A stretch of 63,341 nt of DNA, counting the filler, from Craspedostauros australis (taxonomy: Eukaryota): assembly GCA_030167865.1 (NCBI GenBank). It is 6 parts of 6 records of this genome, joined end to end, with 100 filler letters (N's around TTAATTAATTAA, not from the genome) between each part and the next. Parts side by side here need not be neighbours in the genome. Positions count along the whole stretch, not along the records: positions 1 to 5,901 come from JALAGF010001926.1; positions 6,002 to 23,902 come from JALAGF010001927.1; 4 more parts are not named here. One strand, 5' to 3'. A program made the position numbers and the translations under genes. Positions 1-11,833 of the stretch are shown piece after piece. The notes under the pieces are model-generated. The model was not told where the DNA came from and did not search any database. It worked only from the letters and a program-made list of their open reading frames with translations. Position 1 is the first letter of the stretch. The number at the start of each line of letters is the position of its first letter.

Positions 1-372
1 TGCGCAGATTGTGAAAATGCCAGGGATGATAATGATGATCATGGGTGCTGAAGGTAGGGCAGCATGGTGCCATCGAGAATTTTTTGCACCCACCACCTGA
101 CAGACAGCAAGCCAAAACGACATTAAAAATAAAGTTCATACAAATTTAACTNNNNNNNNNNNNNNNNNNNNNNNNNNNNNNNNNNNNNNNNNNNNNNNNN
201 NNNNNNNNNNNNNNNNNNNNNNNNNNNNNNNNNNNNNNNNNNNNNNNNNNNNNNNNNNNNNNNNNNNNNNNNNNTTTAGTCTACTTTATCACGACTCATC
301 ACGAGTAAAACTCAAAAAACACTCCACAACTAGTGTTATCGTGAGTGCATCAACTGCGACCTGGAGCTCGTA
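1..372. mobile_element. End of a repeated DNA-transposon-like element, copy A (internal N gap); likely Tc1/mariner-type terminus with TA target
   Basis: Near-identical to 6002-6372 and 24003-24374. Similarity ends at ...CTGGAG(C/G)TCG-TA, after which the three flanks differ. Confidence 0.7.
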
Positions 373-1772
373 ACAAAGGAAGCGTCATGGCACAACGAAG
401 ATGGTCGTCTGTTTTGGCGCGTACGATCTATGGTGCGAGTACGCACTCCAGGGGAGTCGACGAGACCTGCTCGCTGCCCGAGATGGCCAGGAGGACCGCA
501 TCCCCACCAGTACCGCCAATTCCATGTAGGGGAACGAAGCCATGTGAAACGGGTTTGCTCCGGGGAGCTGTCTTTGGCACGGTTGGGATTTCTCGGGAGA
601 GAACAGCAGCGCGAAGCCAGGATGCTGATCGTATCCGCGCAGAGGCAAGCCACCTGCAACATCAGCAGCATCGCCTCACAGTGGCCGAACCTGCCTTTGG
701 AGGTTTCTTCCCTTCGCTCCTTCTGCTCTTGTCGCCCTCCCCCCATCTGCTCAAAGAATCTGCGACAGTGGATTTCGTCCATCTGCCGTCGTCCGAACAC
801 GGGTTTCATCTTGTGAGAAATCTCGACTCTGCCATCACGGCGAGCGCAGCAAGCTGTATCCGGACAGGCGATCACTCCTGGCGAGCATCTATGGGAGACG
901 AAATCACAGAACAGAACACAGAACCGCATCCTACGAGTGCACTGATTGTCTAGTGCAAGCTCTGTCAACATCACCTCGACACAATGGGACAGGAACAAGA
1001 TACTTGTGGATACTTGCATTCGTGTGTATGTACGGCTTTGCCATTCGCGCTGCGATACTGTTGGTCTTGCTTCATCAAGGGGCTCCCACAAATCCTCTCC
1101 TTTGTCAGCATAGTCGTAACTCGGGCAGGCCTCTCCTCGCGAGGAGGAGGGGTCACCCTGTTGGGTGTGGATATTTTGGGGCTTCTTTGGGCTCTGCGTG
1201 TCCGCAAGAACGCAGCGGATGTGGCCTCCCTTCTCCTCTGTGTCAATCTTGGTGCAGTGTCACAACTCATGGGGCTCCAACTTTCATGTGGTTGGTGCAA
1301 TCTTGCGCGAAGCGACCAAGGCATCACCAAAGCAATCCTGGACGATGCTCGCCTCCCTTCACTTTCCTGGCATTTTGCGGAAGTGCGAGAGAACAAACCG
1401 CCAACATCCATTACTAGATGATGGCGCACACTCCCATGCGAAGCGCATACAATTCTATTCTATTCTACTATGCAGGTGCTGTCCCATACAGATCAGAAAA
1501 GCGTCGGTGTGTCAGAAGTAAAGGTATCGTTTCTTATTGTTTATCATGGAGTACTTTGGTTTGAATGATTGCTACAGTCTTCGTTCTGCTTGCATGTGCA
1601 TGGTCGCGCCTCCACCCTTCGACTGCTTGTTGATGCAAACGCACACTGCGTACATACAAATTGTATTGCGCATCTGGATGTTGCCAGCACTCGTTCATCG
1701 ATGATGCGCTGTGCCGCATTCAGCACTTGCTCTCTGGTCTTCAGTATCATCATTCTCGCACCACCGCTACAT

Positions 1773-3020
1773 TCAAGGGTAACCGACATCATCAAAGTAG
1801 GGCCAGTCGATGTCGTACGCTTTCTTCGAATCCTTCATTGTTTGATTCAATTCTTCACGCAGCAAAGCAACGCGCAACTGCTGTTGGAGGGAAGCAATTT
1901 GTTTCGGAGACGCTTTCATTTCAGTTGAAACCACAGAGGAGCCAGGCAACGTGCGACTATCATCGCGATGTCCAATCGACCGATCATCGTCATTGCGCGG
2001 CATTTGCGTGGCATCAACCGTTGCATGGTGGCTAAGACCATTGACAACGGCGCTCACATCAGATGCGCTCATTTTGTGAACAGGAGCGAGTGGAGGTGCA
2101 TTCCTTGCATTGACATCATTGAAGGGCACATGCTGCTGCGATTTGTGCACACCCCATCGACCATGGTGCTGCTTGCGAACACGAGACAGCTTTCGGCCAT
2201 GCAAGTACGGAGAAACAGCGGGTTTGGCGACAGCAGATGTCTGCTGTCGCAGATACTTTGGTTCAGAGGGATTACGATGGCGACGACGACGGTGGTGGTA
2301 GCGACTGTACGCTTGCTGTCCTTGTCGCACATTTCGAGGCGATTGTTGGGCAGGCAGGTGCGGAGGTTTGTACGATTGCGATTGCGAAGCATGAAAATGT
2401 GGGTTGTGCTGACCAGAAGGAACAGTATTTCGATTTGCAGTGGTAGCCGACAAGTCTATTCCAGCACGATCATGTCGAAAATGAATGTTCCCAACAACAG
2501 GAGCCACAGATCGATCCATGACAGTGCTCTCGGTATTGGGATGGTGAGTAGAAATGTTGGCATGCATAGTAGTAGAAGCACCGCGGTACGGTGCGGTCGT
2601 CGCAAATCGGCTCGTCTGTGACGCATCGCCGAGATTCCGCGACTTTCCAGCAGGCATGGACTCATACCGTGGCGCAGAAGCGCCGCGATCGCCAACAATA
2701 CCATCGTGTGCGACAGCAGTGTCCATGAATGGACGGCCTCGTTTTCGATGATTATTCCACTGCGTTTGGCTGGAATGCTTCGATCCAGCATTTGCAATGA
2801 TTGGAGGCGCAGCGGAATGCGTCCACGACCCGGTTCCTGTTGCCAAGGGTTGCCATTGTGGCTGGTACGGTTGTTGAGCCGGACGATGATGAAGACGTTC
2901 GTGTTGATGATGGCTCTGAAATGCTCTCGATCGTTCATTGGCGGGAAACGTCGTCCGTGCCACACCACCATGCGAGTAGTGAGGAGCCATGTGATGTGCT
3001 GTTGATACCGATGCCATCAT
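1773..3020 (-). CDS. Hypothetical low-complexity (His/Gln/Ser-rich) protein with C-terminal coiled-coil-like segment
   Basis: 415-aa ATG ORF preceded by a CA-rich 5' leader like other genes here; no recognisable domain. Confidence 0.55.
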   Translation of the reverse strand: MMASVSTAHHMAPHYSHGGVARTTFPANERSRAFQSHHQHERLHHRPAQQPYQPQWQPLATGTGSWTHSAAPPIIANAGSKHSSQTQWNNHRKRGRPFMDTAVAHDGIVGDRGASAPRYESMPAGKSRNLGDASQTSRFATTAPYRGASTTMHANISTHHPNTESTVMDRSVAPVVGNIHFRHDRAGIDLSATTANRNTVPSGQHNPHFHASQSQSYKPPHLPAQQSPRNVRQGQQAYSRYHHRRRRHRNPSEPKYLRQQTSAVAKPAVSPYLHGRKLSRVRKQHHGRWGVHKSQQHVPFNDVNARNAPPLAPVHKMSASDVSAVVNGLSHHATVDATQMPRNDDDRSIGHRDDSRTLPGSSVVSTEMKASPKQIASLQQQLRVALLREELNQTMKDSKKAYDIDWPYFDDVGYP

Positions 3021-3843
3021 GGTTGCGGAGTGATTGTTGTCAGTGTGTTGATAGTATTGGTACTCTCTGGAGTGGAGTGATCGTTATTGGTATTATGTTG
3101 GTGGTGTTGTGACTTGATTGTTTCTTGTGGCTTTTCGTTTTTGTGTGCCTTGTGTCGTGTTCCGTGTTCTGCTCTGTTCTGTTTCCTTGCGTCTGTTGGT
3201 GTTGTTGTGTTGTGCGTTGTTGTTTCCTTTCTGGTGGCGTTCGATCGAATTCGTTTGCGTGCACGTTTCAAACTGTTCGTGGGATCTCAATGTGCTCGAA
3301 TGGGTCAAGCGTTTGAGTTGTTCCATCCAGACTTGAGCTGTGACGTGGAAGTGCGCATAGAATGTCCGGGAAGGTAGACGTGAAATCTCACAGAACGAGT
3401 ATTGGGATCGCAAGGGTAGGCGAAGCGGTAGCAGGGCATATTACGGGCACCTTTTTCGCACAAGTAGCCGTTGTACCAAGCGCACACGTACACATACATG
3501 CACGTACTCCTAGGGCAGAAAGTGCACAGAGTATTGGACGAAGGACGACTACCATAAACTCCTCGTAGATTGTTACAATACGGACAGACGTTTTGTGGAA
3601 CAAAGAGACAAGATAGCCGGGGAAGGCACGAGGAAGCAAATAAGCCGGTGGCGTTGAACATCAAGTGAAAGTATGTACACTATGTACGAGGATGATGGTG
3701 CGAGCACTTTGCGTACTCTTACGACTATGGACATGAGGTATGGATTGTGTTGTGGGGTTGGTTGTGAAGAGCATGTGGAATTTCTGATGACGTGGACAGA
3801 CAGGTCGGCAGCACCAGGAGAGACAGAGAGGAATGACTCTTCG

Positions 3844-3848
<5 letters not shown>

Positions 3849-3876
<28 letters not shown>
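3849..3876. repeat. (CT)n microsatellite
   Basis: About 14 CT units just downstream of the HA-domain gene stop. Confidence 0.9.
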
Positions 3877-3880
<4 letters not shown>

Positions 3881-3890
3881 CGCTCGCTCG

Positions 3891-5549
3891 CTAGGCGCTC
3901 CTTGGATCCCAGCAAAAGCCGATGGAGTTCAATTGATCGATGCGACTTTGCGTGATGGTTGCCTTTTGACCGGAGTTCTTGAGTCGGAGCTGCCTGCGTT
4001 GGCACTTGACCCAAACGGCGAGCTGCCGGTTGCCGGTGTACCGCGCTGGCACGACGCAGTGGCCATGCTCTGCCCGGTACTCCTGCAGGTCCTTGAATCG
4101 CTGCTCCCACAGGGTGCCGTGCGAATCCCAGATGAAGCCGATGTCGTCGAGGCACTTGATCCTGGGGGCAGTGAGGGACGATCCTTTGCCATTCTGTTTG
4201 AGACGGTACTGGTATCGTTGGCGCTTGACCCACTGCGCGAGCTTGCGGTTGCCGACGAAGTTGTTGGGGATGGAGGAGTGGCCGTGCTTCCGTTTGTACA
4301 GGACGAGTTCCTTGAACCTCTTTTCCCATTGATGTTGCTGCATCTGTCCTTTGGGAACAATGATGCCATCGCTCGAGCCCGTAGTGTTTGAAACGACGCT
4401 GCTGGCAGCATCACCAGAAGTGGTGGCAGTGTTGTTTGGCCGGGTGATATCATCATTGATCACGTGAACAACTTCAGGTGTATTCGCGGCGTTGCTGCTG
4501 ACATTTTGGTCCGGTCGAGCGCAAGGCGACCATGTCCCGCTGCTGGACAGGGACCCTACTGAAGCATGATCGATGCCCTGCAGCTTCTGGCTCCCTTGCT
4601 CGTTAGCATCCTGATCAATGTCGAGCTCCCATTCGTGTAGATCCGAAGCCTCGAAGCTAGCTTTGTGCATTTCGGTGTTGTCGTTGTCAGCGTCGCCGTG
4701 GCTTGCCAGACTGAGATTGTTGTAGTTGTCAGTCGCGCTGTCCTCTTGCATACCTGTGCTAGTATGATCCATGGAGTTGGAAGGGCCCATAAAATCTCCA
4801 CTTGGCTGCTCCAAAGGCAGATCGGGACTTTCAAATGATTCATTCGTGGCTATGTCAGTTTTGTGTGCTACTGTTGGTGTTGTCTCTTCTTCGCCTCCAA
4901 ACAGAGATTGCAGCAGCCACAGCGGTTGGGTGTCTGCATGGCGCATCTTGCAGCACTCCTGGAGATCGAGTTTGGGAACGACGACGATGCGGCTTTGTTC
5001 GATGGGTTTGGGTTCCAGCTCTTGCAGATCGATGTCGACGTCGCGCTGGGGAAACGACCGCAACGATACATGATCATGCGGTGACGTCGATGATAGAATG
5101 GGGGACGCTGCCATGATGGATGGCGTGGTGGAAGCTGGCGCTGACTTGATATCGATGGATTGGTGATGCAATGCAAGGCAAGAGGCGCTTGAGTTTTGTT
5201 GAGGGATCACCATGGGCCCCTCGAGTGGCAGCGCGAAACCAGTGGCAAAGGCGGGCGCCTGTTGCTGGCGTTGGTTCCATTGGCTTTGCCAGAGCTGATC
5301 GTTGCGTTGCTGCTGATGCACTTGGTGCAGGAACTCCTGATGCTGTCGTTGCTGTCGTTGCTGTCGTTGCTCTCTTGGATGGCAAAGGTACCCATCGAAA
5401 GGAAGCTGATACTGGTAGGAAGATTGATGAGCATCGGAGTTAGGATTCGGGCGTAGTCGGCGCGAATCGGTGGAGGATGTCTCTTGAATCTGCCAGCTTC
5501 GGGATAGCCGTGTGATGCAGTTCAAGAGAGGTGTACTGATTGAAGAGTT
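3891..5549 (-). CDS. Helicase-associated (HA) domain protein with two C-terminal HA repeats; 5' end uncertain (frame runs into an N gap)
   Basis: WEKRFKELVLYKRKHGH...LAQWVKRQR...RIKCLDDIGFIWD and WEQRFKDLQEYRAEHGH...LAVWVKCQR...RIDQLNSIGFCWD match the HA (PF03457-type) pattern. Long disordered Q/S/D-rich N-terminus. Confidence 0.88.
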   Translation of the reverse strand, partial: NSSISTPLLNCITRLSRSWQIQETSSTDSRRLRPNPNSDAHQSSYQYQLPFDGYLCHPREQRQQRQQRQHQEFLHQVHQQQRNDQLWQSQWNQRQQQAPAFATGFALPLEGPMVIPQQNSSASCLALHHQSIDIKSAPASTTPSIMAASPILSSTSPHDHVSLRSFPQRDVDIDLQELEPKPIEQSRIVVVPKLDLQECCKMRHADTQPLWLLQSLFGGEEETTPTVAHKTDIATNESFESPDLPLEQPSGDFMGPSNSMDHTSTGMQEDSATDNYNNLSLASHGDADNDNTEMHKASFEASDLHEWELDIDQDANEQGSQKLQGIDHASVGSLSSSGTWSPCARPDQNVSSNAANTPEVVHVINDDITRPNNTATTSGDAASSVVSNTTGSSDGIIVPKGQMQQHQWEKRFKELVLYKRKHGHSSIPNNFVGNRKLAQWVKRQRYQYRLKQNGKGSSLTAPRIKCLDDIGFIWDSHGTLWEQRFKDLQEYRAEHGHCVVPARYTGNRQLAVWVKCQRRQLRLKNSGQKATITQSRIDQLNSIGFCWDPRSA

Positions 5550-5901
5550 NNNNNNNNNNNNNNNNNNNNNNNNNNNNNNNNNNNNNNNNNNNNNNNNNNN
5601 NNNNNNNNNNNNNNNNNNNNNNNNNNNNNNNNNNNNNNNNNNNNNNNNCACACAACTTGGCGAGACCCTGCACTGATGTACTTGGTTCAGTGCTACAGGG
5701 TATACAGTCATTACAGCGCCTTGCTCTCCACATACGTAGATACACTGCAGTGTAGATCATGGCATGTGGCAGTGACGACCATGAAGCAGTGGCTGTGGTT
5801 GGAGCTGGCTCTCGGATTCCATTGTTTGAGTTGAAGCAGGTTGGATACACGCGTTAAGACCACGGCAGTGGTGCAGTAGTCATCAGCATGGAGGGAATCA
5901 A

Positions 5902-6001
5902 NNNNNNNNNNNNNNNNNNNNNNNNNNNNNNNNNNNNNNNNNNNNTTAATTAATTAANNNNNNNNNNNNNNNNNNNNNNNNNNNNNNNNNNNNNNNNNNN
6001 N
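5902..6001. other. Artificial contig-joining spacer (N44-TTAATTAATTAA-N44)
   Basis: The same 100-bp spacer, with stops in all six frames, occurs five times. Confidence 0.97.
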
Positions 6002-6372
6002 TGCGCAGATTGTGAAAATGCCAGGGATGATAATGATGATCATGGGTGCTGAAGGTAGGGCAGCATGGTGCCATCGAGAATTTTTTGCACCCACCACCTG
6101 ACAGACAGCAAGCCAAAACGACATTAAAAATAAAGTTCATACAAATTTAACTNNNNNNNNNNNNNNNNNNNNNNNNNNNNNNNNNNNNNNNNNNNNNNNN
6201 NNNNNNNNNNNNNNNNNNNNTTGTTGAGATATAACATCATAAGCAGTTGTTTGGATGGTTTTGGGTGTGCTCTAATTTAGTCTACTTTATCACGACTCAT
6301 CACGAGTAAAACTCAAAAACACTCCACAACTAGTGTTATCGTGAGTGCATCAACTGCGACCTGGAGGTCGTA
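6002..6372. mobile_element. End of repeated DNA-transposon-like element, copy B
   Basis: Near-identical to copies A and C; ends ...GCGACCTGGAGGTCG-TA, then unique flank. Confidence 0.7.
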
Positions 6373-6459
6373 CGACTGTTCTGTGCCATTGCCGCGATCG
6401 TATTTTTCTCTTCGCCCGGCGTCGCAGTTCGCAAGTCCGTTTCCTTTCCTGGTTGGACC

Positions 6460-6464
6460 AAAAA
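6460..6464 (-). terminator. Pol III oligo-dT terminator of tRNA-Tyr
   Basis: TTTTT on the minus strand 7 nt after the discriminator base. Confidence 0.7.
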
Positions 6465-6471
6465 GATATAG

Positions 6472-6563
6472 TCCGGTGAACCGGAATCGAACCGGTGACC
6501 GTTTGATGACCTCTGGGTGGAACCCGCTACAGTCAAACGCTCTACCAACTGAGCTATCACCGG
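6472..6563 (-). tRNA. tRNA-Tyr(GUA) with 19-nt canonical intron (6508-6526)
   Basis: Minus strand reads CCGGTGA-TA-GCTC AGTTGGTA GAGC-G-TTTGA CT GTA G [intron] A TCAAA-CGGTC-ACCGG TTCGATT CCGGT-TCACCGG-A. C1:G72 pair and A73 are eukaryotic Tyr identity elements; a T5 Pol III terminator follows. Confidence 0.97.
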
Positions 6564-7060
6564 ATTGCTGATTTCCGCAACAAAGTCTGAATTTCAAGTT
6601 ACTGAGAGTGGCCTCCCACACAGAAAACGTGATCTTTCGTTTCCGATGATGTGTTGTCACACGTGCGTGTACCAACACGCCCAGACCCCAGGAGCCGCGC
6701 TGTTGCATTATTCCGAATAGATTGGAAATTGGGCGGAGTTGAGCGTAGCTGCTTGGAGTGTGGAGGTCTTCGGTGCACTTCTGCAGTGCAATCCTGTCGT
6801 TTTGGAGTCGAGCCTCGCTTGCGTGGCGAGTGTTGGACTGCACAGCATTCACCACGTTGCGATGTCGAACGCGCTCACGCAATTTCAAAGTCATCATGTG
6901 AAATCAGGCACCGTGAAGTCATCTTGAATGTTCGTGTACTGTATCGTTTCATCTCTATTGTATTCAACGTATTATGGTGGCTTGTGTTTTGTGGCGAGTG
7001 ACTGGCAATCTGGATGTTGCCTCATGTGGCCTCATGTTGCTTCTCGATTCGTTGGCCGCA

Positions 7061-8317
7061 TCACGCCGCTGGCGCCAGAGTTGACGCGCCGCAGATGTTG
7101 GAGAGATTATTGTAAAAGACTTGGTACACCGGCGAGAACACCGCCCGGCATTGATAGCACACGTCCCAATCCCAGCCCTGCGATGAGAGGAAGATGAGGA
7201 TGACGAAGAGTCTTTCGAAGAAACGCTTAGAAATGTCCTGCTCTCCAAGGGCCTGATGCAGCGTGGCGAGGTTATTCACGAGCGCCAGGACAATCAAGGT
7301 GCTTCCCTCGCAGTCGCATTTACCGTTAAATGCACCTGAGACGAAGCTGCCGCTGTTGGTAGGATGGCTTCCGGCAAGCCCTTGGCCTGCAGATCTGCGA
7401 TAGTTCGCCGGATTTCCTTCCTCTCTTGCACAGCACATGTCGTGCTCGTCGTCGCCGTTCTCTGGACGGTCGAGGCACTCGCCGCAGAGCAGATAGAGCT
7501 TCTTGGCCTTCTGCAGGTAGCGCCTCTTGGTGTCGGGGTCCACGATCCGCGCGCTGTTGGCGTACAGATGATGGGCCAGCGCGAGGTTGAAGATGAGTGC
7601 AGGCGCGATCACGGTGGGTCCAACATCTTCATGCATGTGGCCAACAGCTGTCGGTATGTCAATGCCCGATTGAAACAGCGCAGCAGATGTTGTTGTAGCT
7701 GTTGCTGTAGCTGTTGCTGCTGCGGATGAAGACGACTGTGGCTGACTCGACGAATGGGGAGAAAAATGCGGCTGCTGCTGTTGTTGGTGGTGGTCTTGTA
7801 GTCCATGGATGGCTGATTGTCGGAATTGATGGCAGATGAGGTCATCAAGGGTGGGCAGGCAATCTTGGATCTGCCTCGCGATGGCGTCGTCCATCATGCC
7901 ATCCATGTCATCCATGTTTCCGTGCATTCCTCTTTGGTCCTCCCGGTGCATGACCGGCACGTCCTGCAGTTGTGCAGTCGACGCAGCGCTCGGAGAATGA
8001 CCCGCGTCCTTGCTTTGGCAATTCATCATATCGTTGGGACTGTGCTGCTGTTGTTGACAACAGTGCCAGCATCGCGATGTGTTCGCCCGCAGGCCGTGGT
8101 CGCTCTTCTGAGTGTACTCTCGGTATGAGCGCAGCGCAATGGTGAAACCTTGGATGGCTTCCGCGAACATGCCGATCTCGAGGCATCGGAGCGCGGAAGT
8201 GTTGATGTTGAGGATGGGAGACATTGCTGGATACATGGAGCAGCTGCACCGCGCATCCAGGGCCATGGTGCCGGAGTGGGCGTTCACGTTTAGGTTGGAG
8301 TTCATGTCCACGTCCAT
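7061..8317 (-). CDS. Uncharacterised TPR-like helical protein ending ...LAPAA
   Basis: 418-aa ORF with helical-repeat motifs AEAIQGFTIAL, IFNLALAHHL, LQKAKKLY and LALVNNLATLHQALG separated by low-complexity inserts. Confidence 0.8.
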   Translation of the reverse strand: MDVDMNSNLNVNAHSGTMALDARCSCSMYPAMSPILNINTSALRCLEIGMFAEAIQGFTIALRSYREYTQKSDHGLRANTSRCWHCCQQQQHSPNDMMNCQSKDAGHSPSAASTAQLQDVPVMHREDQRGMHGNMDDMDGMMDDAIARQIQDCLPTLDDLICHQFRQSAIHGLQDHHQQQQQPHFSPHSSSQPQSSSSAAATATATATTTSAALFQSGIDIPTAVGHMHEDVGPTVIAPALIFNLALAHHLYANSARIVDPDTKRRYLQKAKKLYLLCGECLDRPENGDDEHDMCCAREEGNPANYRRSAGQGLAGSHPTNSGSFVSGAFNGKCDCEGSTLIVLALVNNLATLHQALGEQDISKRFFERLFVILIFLSSQGWDWDVCYQCRAVFSPVYQVFYNNLSNICGASTLAPAA

Positions 8318-11218
8318 GCTCGTGATTGTGATGAAGGTTGTGATGAAGGCTGTGGTGGAGATTATGGTGGAGGCAGGAATGGCAGAGCTGTCGACGAAGA
8401 TAGTGATGATGAGTACAGGGCAAGCTCAGCACTGGTGATGTTCTATTGTTGTTGTTGTTGTTGTTCGCGTTCCGTTGGAGGAGCTGGGCGTGGTGCGGAC
8501 GATGGTGGTGATCGCTGGTGTTGGTGTTGGTGTTGGTGTCGATGTTGATGTTGATACTTGCGTACTCGTGTTCTTCATTGATAGACACTCTTTGGACTTT
8601 TTTATGAGGTTGCCGACAGCGGATTGTGCCGACCTGTGCGCAAGGGCTCGTGAAGTGTGCGTGTGAAAAACCGCAGAGAGTTTCGTCGATTATCAAAATG
8701 TGGGGCGACGATGCCGTCTTGGTTGTCGTGGTTTTCTTCCATTCTCAGCGCCTTAGTATCACTCCTCCGCACGGAGTCCCATGCTCCGCCGGCCTTGGGC
8801 CGCATTGTGCCTTGTCCCCATTCCACCTTCTCTCTTCTTTCCTTCTTTCTTCCTATCAGAGCGCTCTCCTCTGGCTGGTCACTGCTCTCTTCGCCCGCCT
8901 TCCGTCGTCACAAAGAGAGGCGAGAAAAGTGGAGACAGTTTGTGTGGGCTGCCGCGTGGATGGCGTAGAGGTGTCTTGACGAAAGCCGAGGCGCTGTTAC
9001 CGTTTTGCCCAATTTGTCCATGCTGGTCATCGTCGTGTCCTGGTCCATAACAACAACACACGAAATGACGCAGTTGCCAAGGCGAACAGATCAATCTCGT
9101 CCGGGGTTCCCAAGTTGCGGCTTGTTAGTCGTGATTTGAACGATCACAATTTGTCATCATGTTTTGTCCACTTGTCAACCATCTTGCCATCTTTTCGCAA
9201 CAGTTCTTCCCTGGGTTGCTTCTGGAGCGACGTGTTGCTGCGGGATGACGAAGGCCGATCGTGAAAGTTGTGACGTCGCAGAGTACGCCAAACCGCTCGG
9301 CCTGGAGCAATCATGGACGGCAAACTTCGCAAACATCGCATCGTTCGCATCATGGAGGGCTCCATACGAACCACGAAGTCGATGCAACGGTGCCGGCGGG
9401 TCATCCGCACAGCCAAAAGCGAGAGGTGCTGTGCAATGAACAACCAACCTGAGGAGTCATCCCTTCGTGAGAAACTTTGTCTTCCTCCCTTGCTTCTGCC
9501 GGAGCAGGAGACAGCCGTCTCCCTCTCCTCTCCTTCGGTGATCGGAATCAGAGGGGGAGAAGAAGAAGAAGAAGAAGATGTTCGTGTACGAGCAGGTGTT
9601 TAGATCGTACAAGCCACAAGTACATACTACTACTAGTATGCTGGTACTAATATAGTAGGACCAGTGCCATACTTAACCAAACAAGGTGCAGTTCTATTCG
9701 TGCTCCGGTGGGCAACTACCACCAGCGCCACACTCATTCAATGACGCTGCGTGGCAGAGGGTATCGTTCCCACTTCCCCATTTCTCTTCTTGTGGGTGAC
9801 ATTACGTGGTGGAATCAATTCACTTCATCTACTTGGGAGTCTCGTGTACCATACATACGAAAGAGAGAGACAGAGAGCATGGTCCTGTGCCATAGTCGTA
9901 GCTGGTACGATAGCGGCGCACCAGTGGCGTGTTCGACGAAGACCGAGCACGCCACCACCACCTTTTCGTTCGTCATACCATCGTGCCTACGTCCCTCTCA
10001 GCCACTGTACCACCCACAACGCACACGAGTTACGACTATGGTACCGCGCGAACATGTACATAGTCGTATCGCTCTCCGCAGAGTGCAGGCATGCCCCCAC
10101 CATTCCTCGCGCAGTTGCGATAGTCTGCGAGCGCTGCTCGTCTTACGTTTGTGCAAGTATAATCAGAGCAGAGCGCCTATTACACAAGCAAAGCACATTG
10201 ATCCCTCAGTCTTCCAGGCCGCTTGTACAATTCGTTCGCCTGGTCGCGTTGGGAATAGTCGTAAGAGCCGCTCACGGATCGCGCATGAACCATGAACGAC
10301 AGACATCTTGCGCATGGATAAAGCCAGAGACTTGCGTGCCCTTCCTTGGACATGTACGCACTTGAATGCCGACACAAGATGACTATTCGTGGTACGCACG
10401 GTGCCTGCACGATTTGTATCCAGGAGTGCGCGTGGTATGCTCAGTGTAGGTCGTCCATGTATGTATTGGCATGGCGCACCACGAACTATGTGTGCGTCAC
10501 AGATAGTGTTGTCCTGCCCTTGGCGTCCGTGAGCCATCTGGGCCTCTCTCCATTGGAGGCTGTGATGTTTGAGCATTCGTTGGTCGTCTTTTCATCCCTT
10601 GTGTGTTCCATGTTCCGACGCATATCCGGCTCCTGGGAGGGGCGCAGTGGAAGATCACCGATTGGATGCGACGGATGTTTGGTCTTGTTTCTACCTCTCT
10701 AGATTAGTTGTTGTAGGCATGAATCGCGTCAACGCACATCCTCAACGGGTCACCTTCGTTCTTCCCGAGGGGCACAACACACTCGCACATCCCAGGGACG
10801 TGATGTGACAGACTCCATGCAGCAAATCATCACATTGACCCAAACGCGCAACACCTCATCAAAGAGAGGAACAAAGGGCCAAGGCAGCAACGACGACACT
10901 TGCAACAACGAAAACAAGGGTAAAAAGATCGTGCGCACCTGTGGATACAGTGCGAGCGAGGAGTGGCAATCGCAACAGCAGAAGCCGCAGCAGCATCGGC
11001 GGTAAATTCATCCATAGTGCCACCCGCACAAAGAGAGGAACAGCTTCAACAACGATTGGAGCGTATGTCACTTATCGTGACTCCTTCAACACACCGGATC
11101 GTAAGTCGCAAACACCTCTCGTATAATCACAGCCGACGGATCCATCAGAGAACTCACCAACACAGCATGCAAGAGCGAGTGTCAGGGAGTCGTGGCGAAT
11201 AGTGGAAAGAAGAGAGTG

Positions 11219-11833
11219 ATGATGGCAACCGCCAACACCAAGGCATCAAGTGCGGCCGGATTGACCGGAGATGCGCATTGCAATCAGGATGATGATAGCG
11301 CGGTCGACATTGGCCAGCTGCAGCGGGACGTTCAGAAGAGGGCGCCTCGCGTCATGAAGCACATGAATGATGACCATCCTGGCAGCATCCGAGCGTACGC
11401 GTGTGCCTTTGGGATCTTCCAAGACCCGGAGCATCAGCATGAGGTCAAGCGTGCCAAAATCACGGACGTGGAGGTGGACTGCTTCATCTTGGAGGTCGTG
11501 CTGAATGATGGACAAGTTTTGCAAGGCATCCAGGTGCCCTACACCAAGCGGATAACCGACGCAAAGCAACTCCACGGCATTGCCATCGACATGCACCTGA
11601 AGTCCTTTGACAAGCTCGGCGTTGGTTACAAGATCAGGAACGGATACTACACGCAGGCCGTGAGCATGATCAGCGACAAGCTGTACAGGAAGTACCCGAA
11701 AACATCTGTCGGGCTGATGAGCGTTACGATGGGAGCGATAGTCATTCTTGGTGGCTTAGCAATCCAATCCAGAGTTGGTTCATCAGCAGCGGCCGTTTCG
11801 ACGAACAGCTCGCCGCAAAAGGAATCCAAATGA
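11219..11833 (+). CDS. DUF2470-domain protein with C-terminal transmembrane helix
   Basis: RVMKHMNDDH motif, then a beta-rich segment and helix typical of DUF2470; hydrophobic GLMSVTMGAIVILGGLAI near the C-terminus. First ATG at 11219. Confidence 0.8.
   Translation: MMATANTKASSAAGLTGDAHCNQDDDSAVDIGQLQRDVQKRAPRVMKHMNDDHPGSIRAYACAFGIFQDPEHQHEVKRAKITDVEVDCFILEVVLNDGQVLQGIQVPYTKRITDAKQLHGIAIDMHLKSFDKLGVGYKIRNGYYTQAVSMISDKLYRKYPKTSVGLMSVTMGAIVILGGLAIQSRVGSSAAAVSTNSSPQKESK

Noticed and set aside
1..100. CADC...RDDN at the repeat start as a TnpB/Fanzor C-terminus
   Set aside because: Only 16 codons are visible; spacing and the NAAxNI part of the RuvC-III motif do not match.
345..1429. Overlapping 130-250 aa ORFs next to repeat copy A
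   Set aside because: No consistent frame, motif or codon bias; a gene cannot be supported.
5946..5957. Recurrent TTAATTAATTAA palindrome as a biological motif (e.g. piggyBac site)
   Set aside because: Always centred in 44+44 Ns; a six-frame-stop linker added when contigs were concatenated.
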